DNA of 62,006 nucleotides, filler included. It is 8 parts of 8 records of this genome, joined end to end, with 100 filler letters (N's around TTAATTAATTAA, not from the genome) between each part and the next. Parts side by side here need not be neighbours in the genome. Positions count along the whole stretch, not along the records: positions 25,360 to 34,196 come from SRR7504441_1786; positions 34,297 to 44,132 come from SRR7504441_1787; 6 more parts are not named here. The stretch is one strand, 5' to 3'. A program made the position numbers and the translations under genes. Shown piece after piece: positions 25,260-37,200 of the stretch. Within the stretch, counting starts at the first letter, position 1. Every line of letters begins with the position of its first letter. The notes beneath the pieces are model-generated. The model was not told where the DNA came from and made no database searches. It saw only the letters and a list, made by a program, of their open reading frames with translations.

Positions 25260-25359
25260 NNNNNNNNNNNNNNNNNNNNNNNNNNNNNNNNNNNNNNNNN
25301 NNNTTAATTAATTAANNNNNNNNNNNNNNNNNNNNNNNNNNNNNNNNNNNNNNNNNNNN
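25260..25359. other. Artificial contig linker
   Basis: N/TTAATTAATTAA/N. Confidence 0.98.
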
Positions 25360-25399
25360 GGGGGGGGGGGGGGGGGGGGGAGGGGGAGGCCGTTGGGCA

Positions 25400-26197
25400 G
25401 TGACCGAGCCCAGCTCAAGCTGCTCAAGGAGGAGAAGAACGAGGTGGAGCTGGTTGGAATCGAGCTCCGCCGCCAGAACGACTTTGAGAAGGCCAAGAAC
25501 AATGCCGACCGGTATGCGACTGGCCGGCACCAGCCTGACTGTGCTGTCAAAGCTGGCAGGCAGCCGCGCTCGAAGACGAAGTGGTCCGGCTGCGGGCAAA
25601 GGCCTCGTCCAACCGGAAGAACACCAAGACGGCGGAGGTGGGTCGGCTGGCAGGCTGGGAGGGACCGTTTGGGCAGTTGGCCGAGGCCAAGTCCAAGATC
25701 AGCGAGCTGCATCAACAGCTGTTCCAGCATGAGTCGGCCGCGCTTGCGATGCAGCAGCGCTGCACGGAGCTGGTCACCGAGAACGCCACGCTCCGGGCCG
25801 CAACCTCGGCGCCCGACTGGAGCAGCCACTACGGCGAGCGGCGGTACGAGGTCGCACCACAGAGCGGGCTGGAATACAGGTGCCAATTGGATGGGCGCTT
25901 GCTGAGCGGGCGGTAGGTTCTCACCTAATTACGAGGACAAGAACCAGGTGGACGCTGGCCCGGCCCAGGGGGATATAGTCATCTCTATCGGGCTGCAGCA
26001 AGGTGCGGGCGTGCTCCAGCTCGGGCGATTGAGTTGGTCCAGGCCCTCAAGTGATATTCGCCAAGTGCAAGACAGGACGTGGGTTCCTGCCGATCTTTTC
26101 ACCGTCGGGCGAGCTATTGCTGCGGCACAAGGGCAAACTGGGGGAGCCAGTGCTCGAGCACAATGAAGACGGCTCACTCAAGAACGCAACTTCCTGA
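25400..26197 (+). CDS. Partial gene: coiled coil plus C-terminal SH3-like domain
   Basis: Spliced YEVAPQSGLEYRFSPNYEDK...GDIVISIG...FAKCKTGRGFLPIF...KNATS*. Confidence 0.6.
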
Positions 26198-26454
26198 TGC
26201 GCCCGATGCACCTCATGATTGTGTTATTTGTATATGATAAGAATTTGATCGGTACAACCCGGGAACACGCTGGGAAGTGTATTGTACTAGTATTGTACTA
26301 TTGTACTAGGTAAATATTGATAAGCTAAGTACTGTACTATTGGGTCAGCAGCCTCTTAGTAGCAACAATACCCAACGTTGTATTTAAAAATACCGTCGGA
26401 AGAAGGCTGTTGCCACTACTATTTCGCGATGCAACACGTGCTGAGCGGCCGCAG

Positions 26455-29400
26455 ATGGCACAACTGAACCTAGAGATGTCCCGAGTGGAACCCGATGAGC
26501 CGCCGCCTACCATGCAGAGCGTCAGCTTGGACCGAGTTGGGGTGGCCCCCAACCAGAGTCCGGCCCAGCCGAGCTGGATCCCGCCCGAGGGCCGGGCCGT
26601 CCCGGAGCGGGTTTTTGCAGTGGGCAACAGCCAGAGGTCCAGCGCGTCGTTGCCGACCAACTCGGGCGGTGCAACGGCCGGACCGGATGGGGACGAGTTC
26701 GCGGGGAACGACATTAAGACCTACAAGTACCCGTGGCTCCTGTTCGTGCCCCTGAATCTCTGGGAGCAGGCGCCCGGCGCTGTGACCGGTCGGCTGAGCG
26801 CGGGGGGCAGTTTCAACGGTTGGCCAACGTGTACTTCTTATTCATCCTGGTCGTCGCCTGCAGCCCGCTCAGCCCGCAGAGCCCGATGACCAGCATCATC
26901 CCGCTCTTCACCGTAGTGCTGTTCCAGGCCATCAAGGACGCCGTTGAGGACTACCGGCGGCATAAGGCCGACGACGAGATCAACAGCACCGACGCAGTCG
27001 TTCTGCGAGCTGGGGGGTTCGAGACTGTGCGATGGGACGAGCTGAAGGTAGGCGATCTGATCGAGCTGCGTGATGGCGAGCCGCTCCCAGCCGACACGGT
27101 GCTTCCCCCTAGGCCCTAGATGACCAAGGGCCGACCGGGAGGGGCCAGCTGCTAACGGCTACTCAGCTGTCGAGCCAGCCGAACTCGGAGGAGACTGGGA
27201 TCTGCTACGTGAACTCAAAGGACCTGGATGGTGAGACCAACCTGAAGATATTCCAGGTGCTCTCTGTCAGGGTCACGCCGGCCGATCCGGGGCAGGCCGC
27301 GCCGGAACTACGGGAGTACAACTGTGCGAGCAAGCTGGCTGAGCTGCGGTGTCGGGTGCGGTGCGAGGTGCCGAACAAGGACCTGTACAATTTCAACGGA
27401 CAGCTGACCCTCGAGGGCTCGGACAAGAAACTGCTGCTGGACGCGTCGCAGATGCTGCTCCGGGGGCACTTGCTGGCCAACACGCACATGGCCTGGGGGA
27501 TCGTGGTGTACACCGGGGCGGAGTCTAAGATCATGAAGAACAACGATGACGTGGCCCCGATGAAGATCTCGAGCATGGAGCAAGAGATCAACTACCAGCT
27601 GATCTCGCTATTCGTGCTGCTGTTCGCGTGCTGCATGGCTGGCGGGGTCGGGATGTCTGTCTTCTGCAGTCAGAATCCTTCGGCTGATACATGGTACTTG
27701 CAGCTATCCAACAAGGAAGGATCCGAGATATTCGGGGGTAATTTATACAGCCCAACACAATCCGGCGCGGTCTGGATATTTGGATTCTTTATTAACTTGG
27801 TCGGGCTCTCTACCCTCATCCCGATCTCACTGTACGTTCAACTTGAGATCATAAAGCTCTTCTCCGGCTGGTTCATCGATTGGGACGTGCAGATGTATAA
27901 CGAAGAGCTCGATATGACTGCGAGATGCCGGTGCGGCTCCGGCTGTTTGAGCTGGATTGACTGGGCTGGCAGCAACTCTAAGCTCGGGGAGGAACTCGGG
28001 CAGGTCCAGTACGTGCTATCAGACAAGACGGGCACGCTCACTATGAACAAGATGGAACTGCTCAAGTGTTCCATCAACGCTGAGCAATTTGGAATCGGCC
28101 AGACCGAGATTGAACTCTTCCAGGATAAGCTACACAATCGCACCTCGTCCGACTCTCCTACCAAACCAGACAAGATCCGCGAGCTCGAGGACGACGGCTT
28201 TGACATGTGAGTGTGCGTGTGTGATGTGGCTCTAACTGGTAAGTAGGTTTGACCCTCGGATGAGCTTTGAGGAGCGGGAGAAGGGCGAGTTTGTGCTGGC
28301 TTATCTGGGCCAGGAGCATGAGCAGCATGTTCGCCAATTCTTGCTCGGGCTGGCTTTGTGCAATACTGTAGTAGTTGAGCAGTTGGGGGACGGCAATGTC
28401 AAGTACAGCGCCGCCTCACCGGACGATGGGGCGCTGATCAAGGCTTGCAAGAACTTTGGGGTCAAGCTCAAGAGCCGCACTCTCATCCGCGGCGGGCAGC
28501 AACAGATCGAGCTTGATGTGGCCCGGTTGGGCCCAGGGGGAGAAATGGAATGGAAGACAGAGGAGTACACAGTGCTGTGTACAATTGACTTTTCATCCAA
28601 GCGGAAGCGGATGTCGCTGGTCATCCAGATGCCGGATGGCAGCATCAAGCTCATGTGCAAGGCAAGCCGCCAAGCTCGATTGCGTCAGGCTCAGTGGAGC
28701 TCTGCAGGGGGCAGATAACATCGTGAGGGACCGGTTGGGGGCCCAGATGAAATATGTTAGTCAAGTAAGTAAGCTGAACGAGGTGTGTTAGCCTTGCAGC
28801 AGCCTTGTTGAGCGCGTGAGCAGGTGGATAGTGCGGATGACTTTCAGAGCAAGGTGGACGGCCTATTAGCCACACCGGAGATGAAAATGGTGAGTACGAC
28901 CCAGTTACACGTAGATAAGTTTGCCAATGCCGGGCTGCGCACACTGATGGTCGCCTGGCGCACGCTGGACAAATCGCTGTGGGAGCCATGGAAGAGTTCA
29001 CTTGACGCTGCTCGCGAGATTTTGAATGATGAGTTGCGCGAGGCTGAGTTGGAGAAGCTGAACGACCAGCTTGAGACCGAGCTCGAGCTGCTCGGGGCCA
29101 CGGCGATCGAGGATAAGCTGCAGACCAACGTGGGCCGCACGCTGCACAACCTAAAGCTGGCTGGGATACGCACCTGGGTGCTCACTGGTGACAAGACCGA
29201 CACAGCGATCCAGATTGGGTTTGCGTGCAACCTGCTCAACCCTGACCAGACAATCCACATCGTGAGTGCCAAGGACAAGAACGGGCTAGAGTTCAGCGGC
29301 GCCCAAATAGTCGAGCAGCTCAGGCAGCATGCCGCTGAGGATACAAAGCTGGGTGCATGTGACCCAGCGCTTGTGATTGAGGGTGACGCGCTCCGGGCGA

Positions 29401-30809
29401 TTGGAATTGGGGCAGATGCCACGCCAGATCTAGATTCGGTGGCCCAGGCGGCGGAAGACAAGGAGCGGGAGGATTGGATGCGCGCGTTTACTGACTTTTG
29501 CGCCCCGCTGTCGGCAGTTGTATGCTGCCGGGTCAGTCCAAAGCAGAAGGCGGAGGTGACGAAACTGGTCAAGAAAAACCTGGGCAAGTGCACACTTGGG
29601 ATCGGTGATGGGGCAAATGACGTTGGGATGATCAAGGAGGCGCACGTGGGTGTGGGCGTGCAGGGAGTGGAGGGGACTCAGGCGGTCAATAATTCGGACT
29701 TTTCGGTGTGCGAGTTCCAGCATTTGGAAAACTTGTTACTCACCCACGGCCGGTGGACATACGATAGGATGTCTCGGGTCGTGGGCTATTTTTTCTATAA
29801 GAATGTGGGCTTTGCACTGATCTCGTTCTGGTGGCAAATTTACTGCGGCTGGTCCGGGCAGCTCTTCTTCGAGGAGTGGACCCAGGTGGGCTACAACCTT
29901 TTCTTCACTTCGCTGCCTGTCTTTGCGCTCGGCTGGTTCGAAGTCGACACTCGATTGGCACGTTTCTGTCCATCACTCTATATGCCTGGCCAGCGTGGCG
30001 ATGGCCTGAATACCAAGGCAGCCATGCCTAGCTGCTGGTGCTGATGGGCAAATCAGGTGTTCCTCATGTGGGTAGGCGAAGGGCTTTATGTCTCGCTTGT
30101 GCTTTTCTTCGGATGGCTTGCTCTAGCAGGTATGGCATGCGCTCTGATGTGAGCCAGTCACTGCGTTGGGTAGGATGCTATGAGAGCCCCACGCCACTCT
30201 CTGACAACCCTGGGCACATGCCGGGCATATGGGACCTATCAACCCTGCTCTACACGATCGTAATCATCACAATGACAATGCGGATTGTGATGGAAACTTC
30301 CAATTTCACAGTGCGGCCCTGCCACCACACTGATTCAATTGTGGGTTCAGATGATCCATTACCTATTCTATTGGGGCTCTATAGCGGCCTGGGTGGCTTG
30401 GCTTCTCATCCAAACTTGTATCGGGGCCGAGGGCGGCTTCTCTTACATAAGCGGCGGCTTCATCGCTGCCAATGCCAACGGAGCATCAATCTACATGGTT
30501 CTGTCTAACATGGGCAAGGGAGGATTCATGTGGGTCTCGATGTGGCTACTGCCTGCCGTGTGCTTGTTCCCAGCATACTGTGTAAAGGTGATCGCCCGCA
30601 TAGAAGGAGTTTAGACCGGTGGGCAGATCTACTACGTTATTCGGCCAACTGAGCTTGAGCTGATTAGAAACCCTGAGTCATGGGACACGCTGGTGGCCCA
30701 AGAGTTGGTGAAGGAGGAGGACTTGCCAAGTATGAAAGAACTCTGGGAGGTTGACCAGAAGAATAAGTTTGGCGATTGTTGTCGTGATACAGGCATCTGC
30801 TGTTGCTGA
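26455..30809 (+). CDS. P4-ATPase phospholipid flippase, about 11 introns
   Basis: NLWEQ|FQRLAN, DGETNLK, PISLYV, SDKTGTLT, SPDDGAL, CK|GAD, TAIEDKLQ, LTGDK, CRVSP, GDGAND, FFYKN. Confidence 0.96.
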
Positions 30810-31252
30810 ATACTGCGTACGTACCACTTGGTTGCATCAACATGAGACACGATCGCGAGCAATACGTGGGTATCATGAGTACCACGTCACCAGGACCATA
30901 ATTATGCATGCCGTAATTAATCTTGGTCAACGATGCCTCTCACCTCTAAATGACTGTACATATAATTATAAATTAATTAATTCACACATACTCATTTCTA
31001 CCGACGCAGATGACTTTACAATCCAAAAAGAAATGGTTAAATTAAGTACAAGCGATTGCAAGTAACGTTCGGTTTGAACGAAATTATAATAGTTTTGATA
31101 ATTAATTAATGCACTGATTTCATGACTACATGTACAGTATCATGCATGATTAATTTTATTGTGCACGAAGTACTTGATTAGTACATGATTAGTTATTACA
31201 ATCATGTAGTACACTCATGATTGCGCAACCTGTCTAGTTTTAAAGGTTCTAG

Positions 31253-34087
31253 TTAGGTTCTGGTTACGATTAAATTACTATCCTTTCCCATCTCTCGCAG
31301 CATGGTTTTGACCCTATCTGATGGTGGCACCTGTCTCATGGCCGCACCCTCCTGTTTCAGGTGCGCCACCTTCGCCGCAATCAGCCGCAGCCGGTCTGGC
31401 GACGCTAGCAGATTTGCGCTTTCTGCAGGGCTGGCCAGTCCCCGACCGATGTGCAGGCCAGCTGCTGCGTAGCTAGACCTTGGGGCCGCCCTGCTCACAG
31501 ACTTGTCAGCGCACCACAATCCGAATTAGGGCACCTAGAACTCTCCAGCTGAGTAATCGAAGCTTCGAGCTGTTGAGCCCGCGCCTCTAGCAGCTCGGAA
31601 CCGTGCGTGGCCTCGGCGAGACTGACGGTGGCTGCCCGGTCGGCCTGGGGATGGGCTCGGACAGTGAGATACTGTTGCACCTCGGTCAGCCTGTCGTGCC
31701 TCTCATAGGCAGCGCTGGGTCCGTGCTGCTGCTGGATCGGAGCTGACTTAGGCGGAGGCCTCTCCGGCGAGGCAGAATGCGCCTTGGGCGATCCGAGCGC
31801 ATCGAGGCGTGCCTGTGTGCCCACCGAAGGTCCGCATTTGGGCGGACCGGGGTCCGCATTCGATGCCACGTGCTGGGCGGGGCTGTGACCAAGCCGTGCT
31901 TTTGGTGACATGTGTTGGGTCTGAGGGTTGGGGCTAGGTGACGAGGCTCGGTGCTGTTGCAGCTGCTGTTTGCTCTCGGCAGCGCTCTTGGGCCAGCTTC
32001 CACTGCCTCCAGGGCTCGGCGGTGGCTGCTGGCTCTGTTGATGCTGGTTATGCTGCAGCGAGTCCCTCAGTGGTGACTTGTTCTGGCTTCGCCGGGCCTG
32101 AGACTCGACCTGAGCTGAGAGGCCGGCTGCAGGACTCGCCTCCAGCCCCGTACATGTCTCTGTTTTGGTTGGCCCAGGTGATGGCCGGGAAAGTGGTGGC
32201 TCTTGCGGCTGGCTGGTGGTGGCTTTGACCATCTGATCGGCCGAGCTCGGGCTGGCAGCTATCTCGAGCCGCTGGTGGGCGCTCTGAAGGAACCGCCTAG
32301 AATGTGCGGTGAGCGAATCTGCCGGCTCAGGCTGCGATTCGAGTACGGCACGGGCCTGCGCCAGGCTGTGCAGGTAGGCACCGTGTCGTGCTCGAAACCG
32401 TTCAGCCCTGTCCGGATCAGCTGCTGCTAACACGGGCGGCGGCTGGACCGGGCTAGGCGAGGTGTCGAGCGTTGTGGTCTTCTGCACATAATGTTGCATC
32501 TGCTGCCGTCTCTCCAGGGACGTCGCTGCAGTCTGCTGGTGACTGGCGGGCTTATCGGTTCGGCTGGAGGGCTCACCCACTACCTCTTGTTGGCTGGACA
32601 TCCGCTCAGGACTGGGAGATTCATAGCGATGTACCGGTGGGCTGGACTCGGGACTGGGAGGCGTATTACTGTGTGCCGGCGAACTGAATATTGGGCTAGA
32701 AGTCTTGATCAGATATGCCGAAGGACTGTACTTCGGGCTAGAAGGTTTCGCTTGGTGATGTACCATTGGACTGACCGTGTGCTGTGAGCTCGATGACAGC
32801 TCAGTCTCCGGTGGACTTGTTGGACGCTTTGGCGTTACAGGTGACAGTGCCCTCCTGTTAGCTCGCACTGCTCCCAGCACCTCCTCCTCGGGCGAGCCGG
32901 GCACCGATCTGGCTGCCGAGTTGCCGTTTCTCACCGATGCAGGCCGCACTGATCTGAGCTGCGTGGGCTCTTGCTGCACGGCCGCTCTCCTGTGCGTCTG
33001 GTTGGACTCTGGACTGGCTGACTGGCTCGTCTCTGCAGACCGACTCTCTCTGCAGACCTGGCTATTGCGCTGCTTGCGCCTCCTGATAAGCGACCGGCCG
33101 ATCTCATCCAGCCGGCGTCGGCTCGGCTCAGGCGTCGGCTTGCCTGCCGGCAGGTGCTCTAGCTGGCTGGCCTGTTTCACCAGTCCCGAGAGCTTCCCAG
33201 CCCGCCGCTGCAGCTCGAGCCCGACACTCTTAGACCCAAGGCTGCGCCGCCAGTCCATCCCGGCTGCTGCTTTGGAGCTGAGCATTCGGCGCTGGCCGCT
33301 CTTTCGTGATGGCGACGGGCTCCGGGAAGCCTCCAGGGGCTGTTGGACAGGCCCGGATTGCTGGAGCGTGCGCTGCCGGGGGGTTCGGCTCCGACTCAGC
33401 TGGCGGGCTGGGCTGGACTCCAGTCTGCGTGGCCGGGTGGTCTTGAGCATTTTGGCTGCCTGGACTACTCGCCTGCGTGTGCCCACCTCCGAGAGCCCAC
33501 ACTCCTACCCCACGGGCTTGCCCGACAGCACGACCGCCCTCGCACCTCCAACTTCTTGTGCAGCTCGCCCACCGGCATGCTGACAAGCCTGGCCTTGCAC
33601 AGAAGCCCGGCCTGCTGTGCGGCCGGCACGACCGCTGCCGGCAGCCCTGCCCTCCCGACTCGCGCGCCGGTGCAGCCTTCGGGCGCACCGAGTTCATCGG
33701 CCAGCGACTTGTTCGTTCCGACCGACGGCACGGGTGCAGGCCGGGTAGCAGCGTGCCGGATCGCCTGTTCGAACTGGCTGATCAACTCATCAAAGTGGGC
33801 CGGGTCCCACGGGAGGGCCTCGGCGAACCCGGCAACGAACTCGACCCGAGATATCTTGCCGTCGGCATTGGTGTCCAGTTTGCGCACCAGCCGTTGGTTC
33901 TTCTCCGGGGTCCACGGGCTGAACTTGTGCCCGAGCGCCCGGCGGACCTGCCCGAGCGCGAGCAGCTCGTCAGGCTCTACAAATCCGTTCCCGTCCAGGT
34001 CGAACCCAGCGAAGATCGGCCGCAGCCGTGCCTCCCGCTCCTACACCGCCGGTCACAGCGGCGGGTGCGGCAGGCCACCCGCTTCAT
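31253..34087 (-). CDS. EF-hand pair + SAP-like motif + long Ser/Pro/Arg-rich disordered tail
   Basis: MKR|EREARLRPIFAGFDLDGNG..., DTNADGKISRVE; spliced LVSMPVGELHKKLE|ECGLSEVGTRRRVVQ; CCGTT at 34136-34140. Confidence 0.7.
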
Positions 34088-34196
34088 CCCTCAAAGCAGG
34101 TCTGCATGCATGCGATTTGTCCGATTTGTCCGCTTCCGTTGTCTTGTACACCCCCAGACTACTCCCTGAAATTTCACTGAAGCCTGGAACTGGGCT

Positions 34197-34296
34197 NNNN
34201 NNNNNNNNNNNNNNNNNNNNNNNNNNNNNNNNNNNNNNNNTTAATTAATTAANNNNNNNNNNNNNNNNNNNNNNNNNNNNNNNNNNNNNNNNNNNN
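34197..34296. other. Artificial contig linker
   Basis: N/TTAATTAATTAA/N. Confidence 0.98.
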
Positions 34297-37200
34297 GATC
34301 CAGTCACTGTGGCCTTTGTAGTTCATCAGCGACTTTGAGGCCGTCTTCCGCGGGGACCTTGGACTACGTGGAGTACGCGGCTGTCGCCTGGTCCGTTGCC
34401 ACTCCTGCCGGCTTGGCGACGGTGCCACCTGAGCTGCCAGCCACTCTGCGAGCATCTTTTCGAGCAGATCAAGGAAGTCGTCATAGCAGGCATATCGAGC
34501 AGGGAGGTGTGCAAACACATACCTATGCCACCCGAGCCATTCCTCCATGTCGATTTTCGCATTCTTGTCCTTGTCTATATACTGCATCATGTCATCCCGA
34601 TCGGCTGCCCTACAGATGACAATCTCACCAAGCTCAAGTGTGCCCGACTGGTCCCGGTCCATCTTCACAAACAGTGCCCCGACTCGCCGCAACTGCTCTG
34701 CACTCATCGTAGCAGCAGCCTGGGCTGCTTTGTACTCCGCCTGAGCCAGTTCCGCGATCCGCAAGAATTCAACAATGATGGCGTCGAAATCGGCCCGGAA
34801 CTTGGGCAAATCCTGCAGCAAGCGTAACCTATACTACTCATCAGCAAGGCTGCACCTCGTCCATGTAGTGAACAAATTCGGTACCAGCGATTTTGCCATC
34901 CTTGTCCTGATCCATGTCCTTTAGCAGCCGTTCGTTGCGGGCATCCGTCCACTCAGTGCTATTGCAAACTGGCCGCGCGCTGCCAAGCTTCTTGAGCTCA
35001 GTCGGGTCGAGCACTCGGTTCCCGTCCAGGTCGAACCCGGTGAAAACCTTCTCGAGCTGCGCATGCCTGTAAGCGTGGTCTCTCTCCCATCTGAGCGTGG
35101 CCTCAGCGTCAATAACGGACTCCATCTCTGCAAGCAGTTTCATAAAGTTGCTCGAGGGCCGGAATCCTTCAGCCTTGTGCAAGTCCCACAGGCAGGAACA
35201 CCAATCCTCAAGTGAGAAAGTGCGAGACTCATCCGGCATCCCGTCCCATTTGAAAAACCCCTTGGCCCGGGCAAACGCGCCAGTAGGCAGCTGCTTAAAC
35301 AAATCAATCCACTCAATGGGCACAATCCCTGCCCGGTAGAAAACCTGCCAGCCCTCACTCACCCCACTGCTCGTCAAAGGGGACGGCCACCTGGTCGTCC
35401 ATCATCTCAAACATCTCAACTGCGCGCTGCTTCTCTGTGTCAGAGAGTGGCTGTCCGTCCATGTGTTGCTCAAATGCAGCGAGTAGTTGCACCAGCCACT
35501 GGTTGAACTGATCCTGCCCCCGGATCCGCTTGCAGTGCTGCATGTACTCCAACCAGTCTCCCGATTCCAAAGCAGTCGTGCTGTCGTCAAAGCAGACCTC
35601 CATGTAATGCTGCAGGCTGGTGCGAGCATCACCCTGCAGGATCATGATGTGGTCGCATTCGAGGCTGCCAGCTGGCTCGTGGAGCCCATCCAATGAACCG
35701 TAGAGCTGCTTGCACTTGGTGCGCTGGTCTGCATCCAAGTCGAGCCGAGACAACTCTGCAATAACCATGAACAGTTCAATGATCTGAACAAATTTGGGTT
35801 GGTCAAGCGGGAGCGCTTCGTTGTAGCTATGCACAAGCACAGGCTCGAGCACCGAGCCCTCAGCATTGACCTGCATCGAGTCCACAAGCTGCTTGTTGGT
35901 CTGTGCTGGCCAGACAACTACTCCTTGCTTTGAGTGCATGTGAGTGTACCCCAGTCGGAGCACCTCACACCGTTCAACGGCGCCCTTGCGATCGCAGTCA
36001 AGCGCCTTGAACACCTGATCCAGCCTGTCAAGGGTGAGGCCTAGTGGAACTGAGCACCTTGCGGAGTTGCTCACGCCGGAATTCGAGATATTCGCACATG
36101 GCCTCAAGTTGCTTCAAGTGAGTATCAAACTTCTCTTGCCCAATCTTCATCTTGCGCGTGGTTAAATGCCCAAGCCACTCAGATTTGTCTACCTCATTAT
36201 CGTTGTTCTTGTCCACCCAGGCCACAAAGGCACTCCTGTCGGACTCCTCGTGCAGCACAGCAAGCTCGTCGCATGTCACAGTTCCGCTCCCATCCTCATC
36301 TAGCATGCCAAAGATCCGCATGGCACGCTGCTCCTCACCAGAAGTAAGTCGATACTTGTTGCCCACCAACTCTGCCAGCTGCTTGAGGAACTCAACTGTC
36401 ATTTCAAAGTCCATAGGGTCGTCCGACCTCCTAGACACAGCAGCTTCGTAAGCAGGAAGGAAGCTATCGCGAGTGATCTGCACAGCATCCTTCTTGTTAT
36501 CGGTTGCTTGTCCGACTGCGTCTTGGTTGGCTTCCAGTGGCCAGACCTCCCTCTCCTCATGAGGAATGGTTCCGAGTGCTGCCACCATCTCGGCTGGGAC
36601 TGAACTCTCGCCAGAACTGGCCAGCTTGTCCCAAACCTCCTTGATCATGTCCAGCCGATGCTGCAGCGCCTCGAGCGCCTTGGCTCGCTGCTCGTCTGCA
36701 ATTTGCTTGGCCAGTTCTATCAGCAACGCCACTGTTTCGTTGAACTTAGCTGCATCTTCTGGGAGCGCCTCCTCATAAGCAGTGAGAAACTTGAGGCATC
36801 CCACTTCCATTGCTGAGGCCCCGTCGTCCTTGCCCACAACTTCCTGTTGGCACTTGGTCAGTGCACCGTCATTGGAAGGCTTGCGCCACAGCGCTCTCTT
36901 TGGATGCGGCCGGATCCCAAGTGCATCTACCAGGCCAGCAGGCACAGTCTCGTCGCCTGGGGCTGCTATGAGCGCATTCCAGACTGCTCTTAGCTCGTTC
37001 CTGCGCCGCCTGGAAAGGGCTCAAGATGCACGCTCATTGCCAGCCGCACCTCTTTTGATATTCTGACAGGCCATCCGAGAGGCCCTCGTCAGGGATCATG
37101 AAATACGGAGGCCGGTCTTGCCGCACTGCTGGCACCTCCACAAGCTGAGTCTTCTCAGTGACGACAATGTCCTGATAGAATCCCCAGGTACCACCGATTG

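Noticed and set aside
25360-25388. Poly-G tract / G-quadruplex
   Set aside because: Located at a contig edge; typical sequencing artefact
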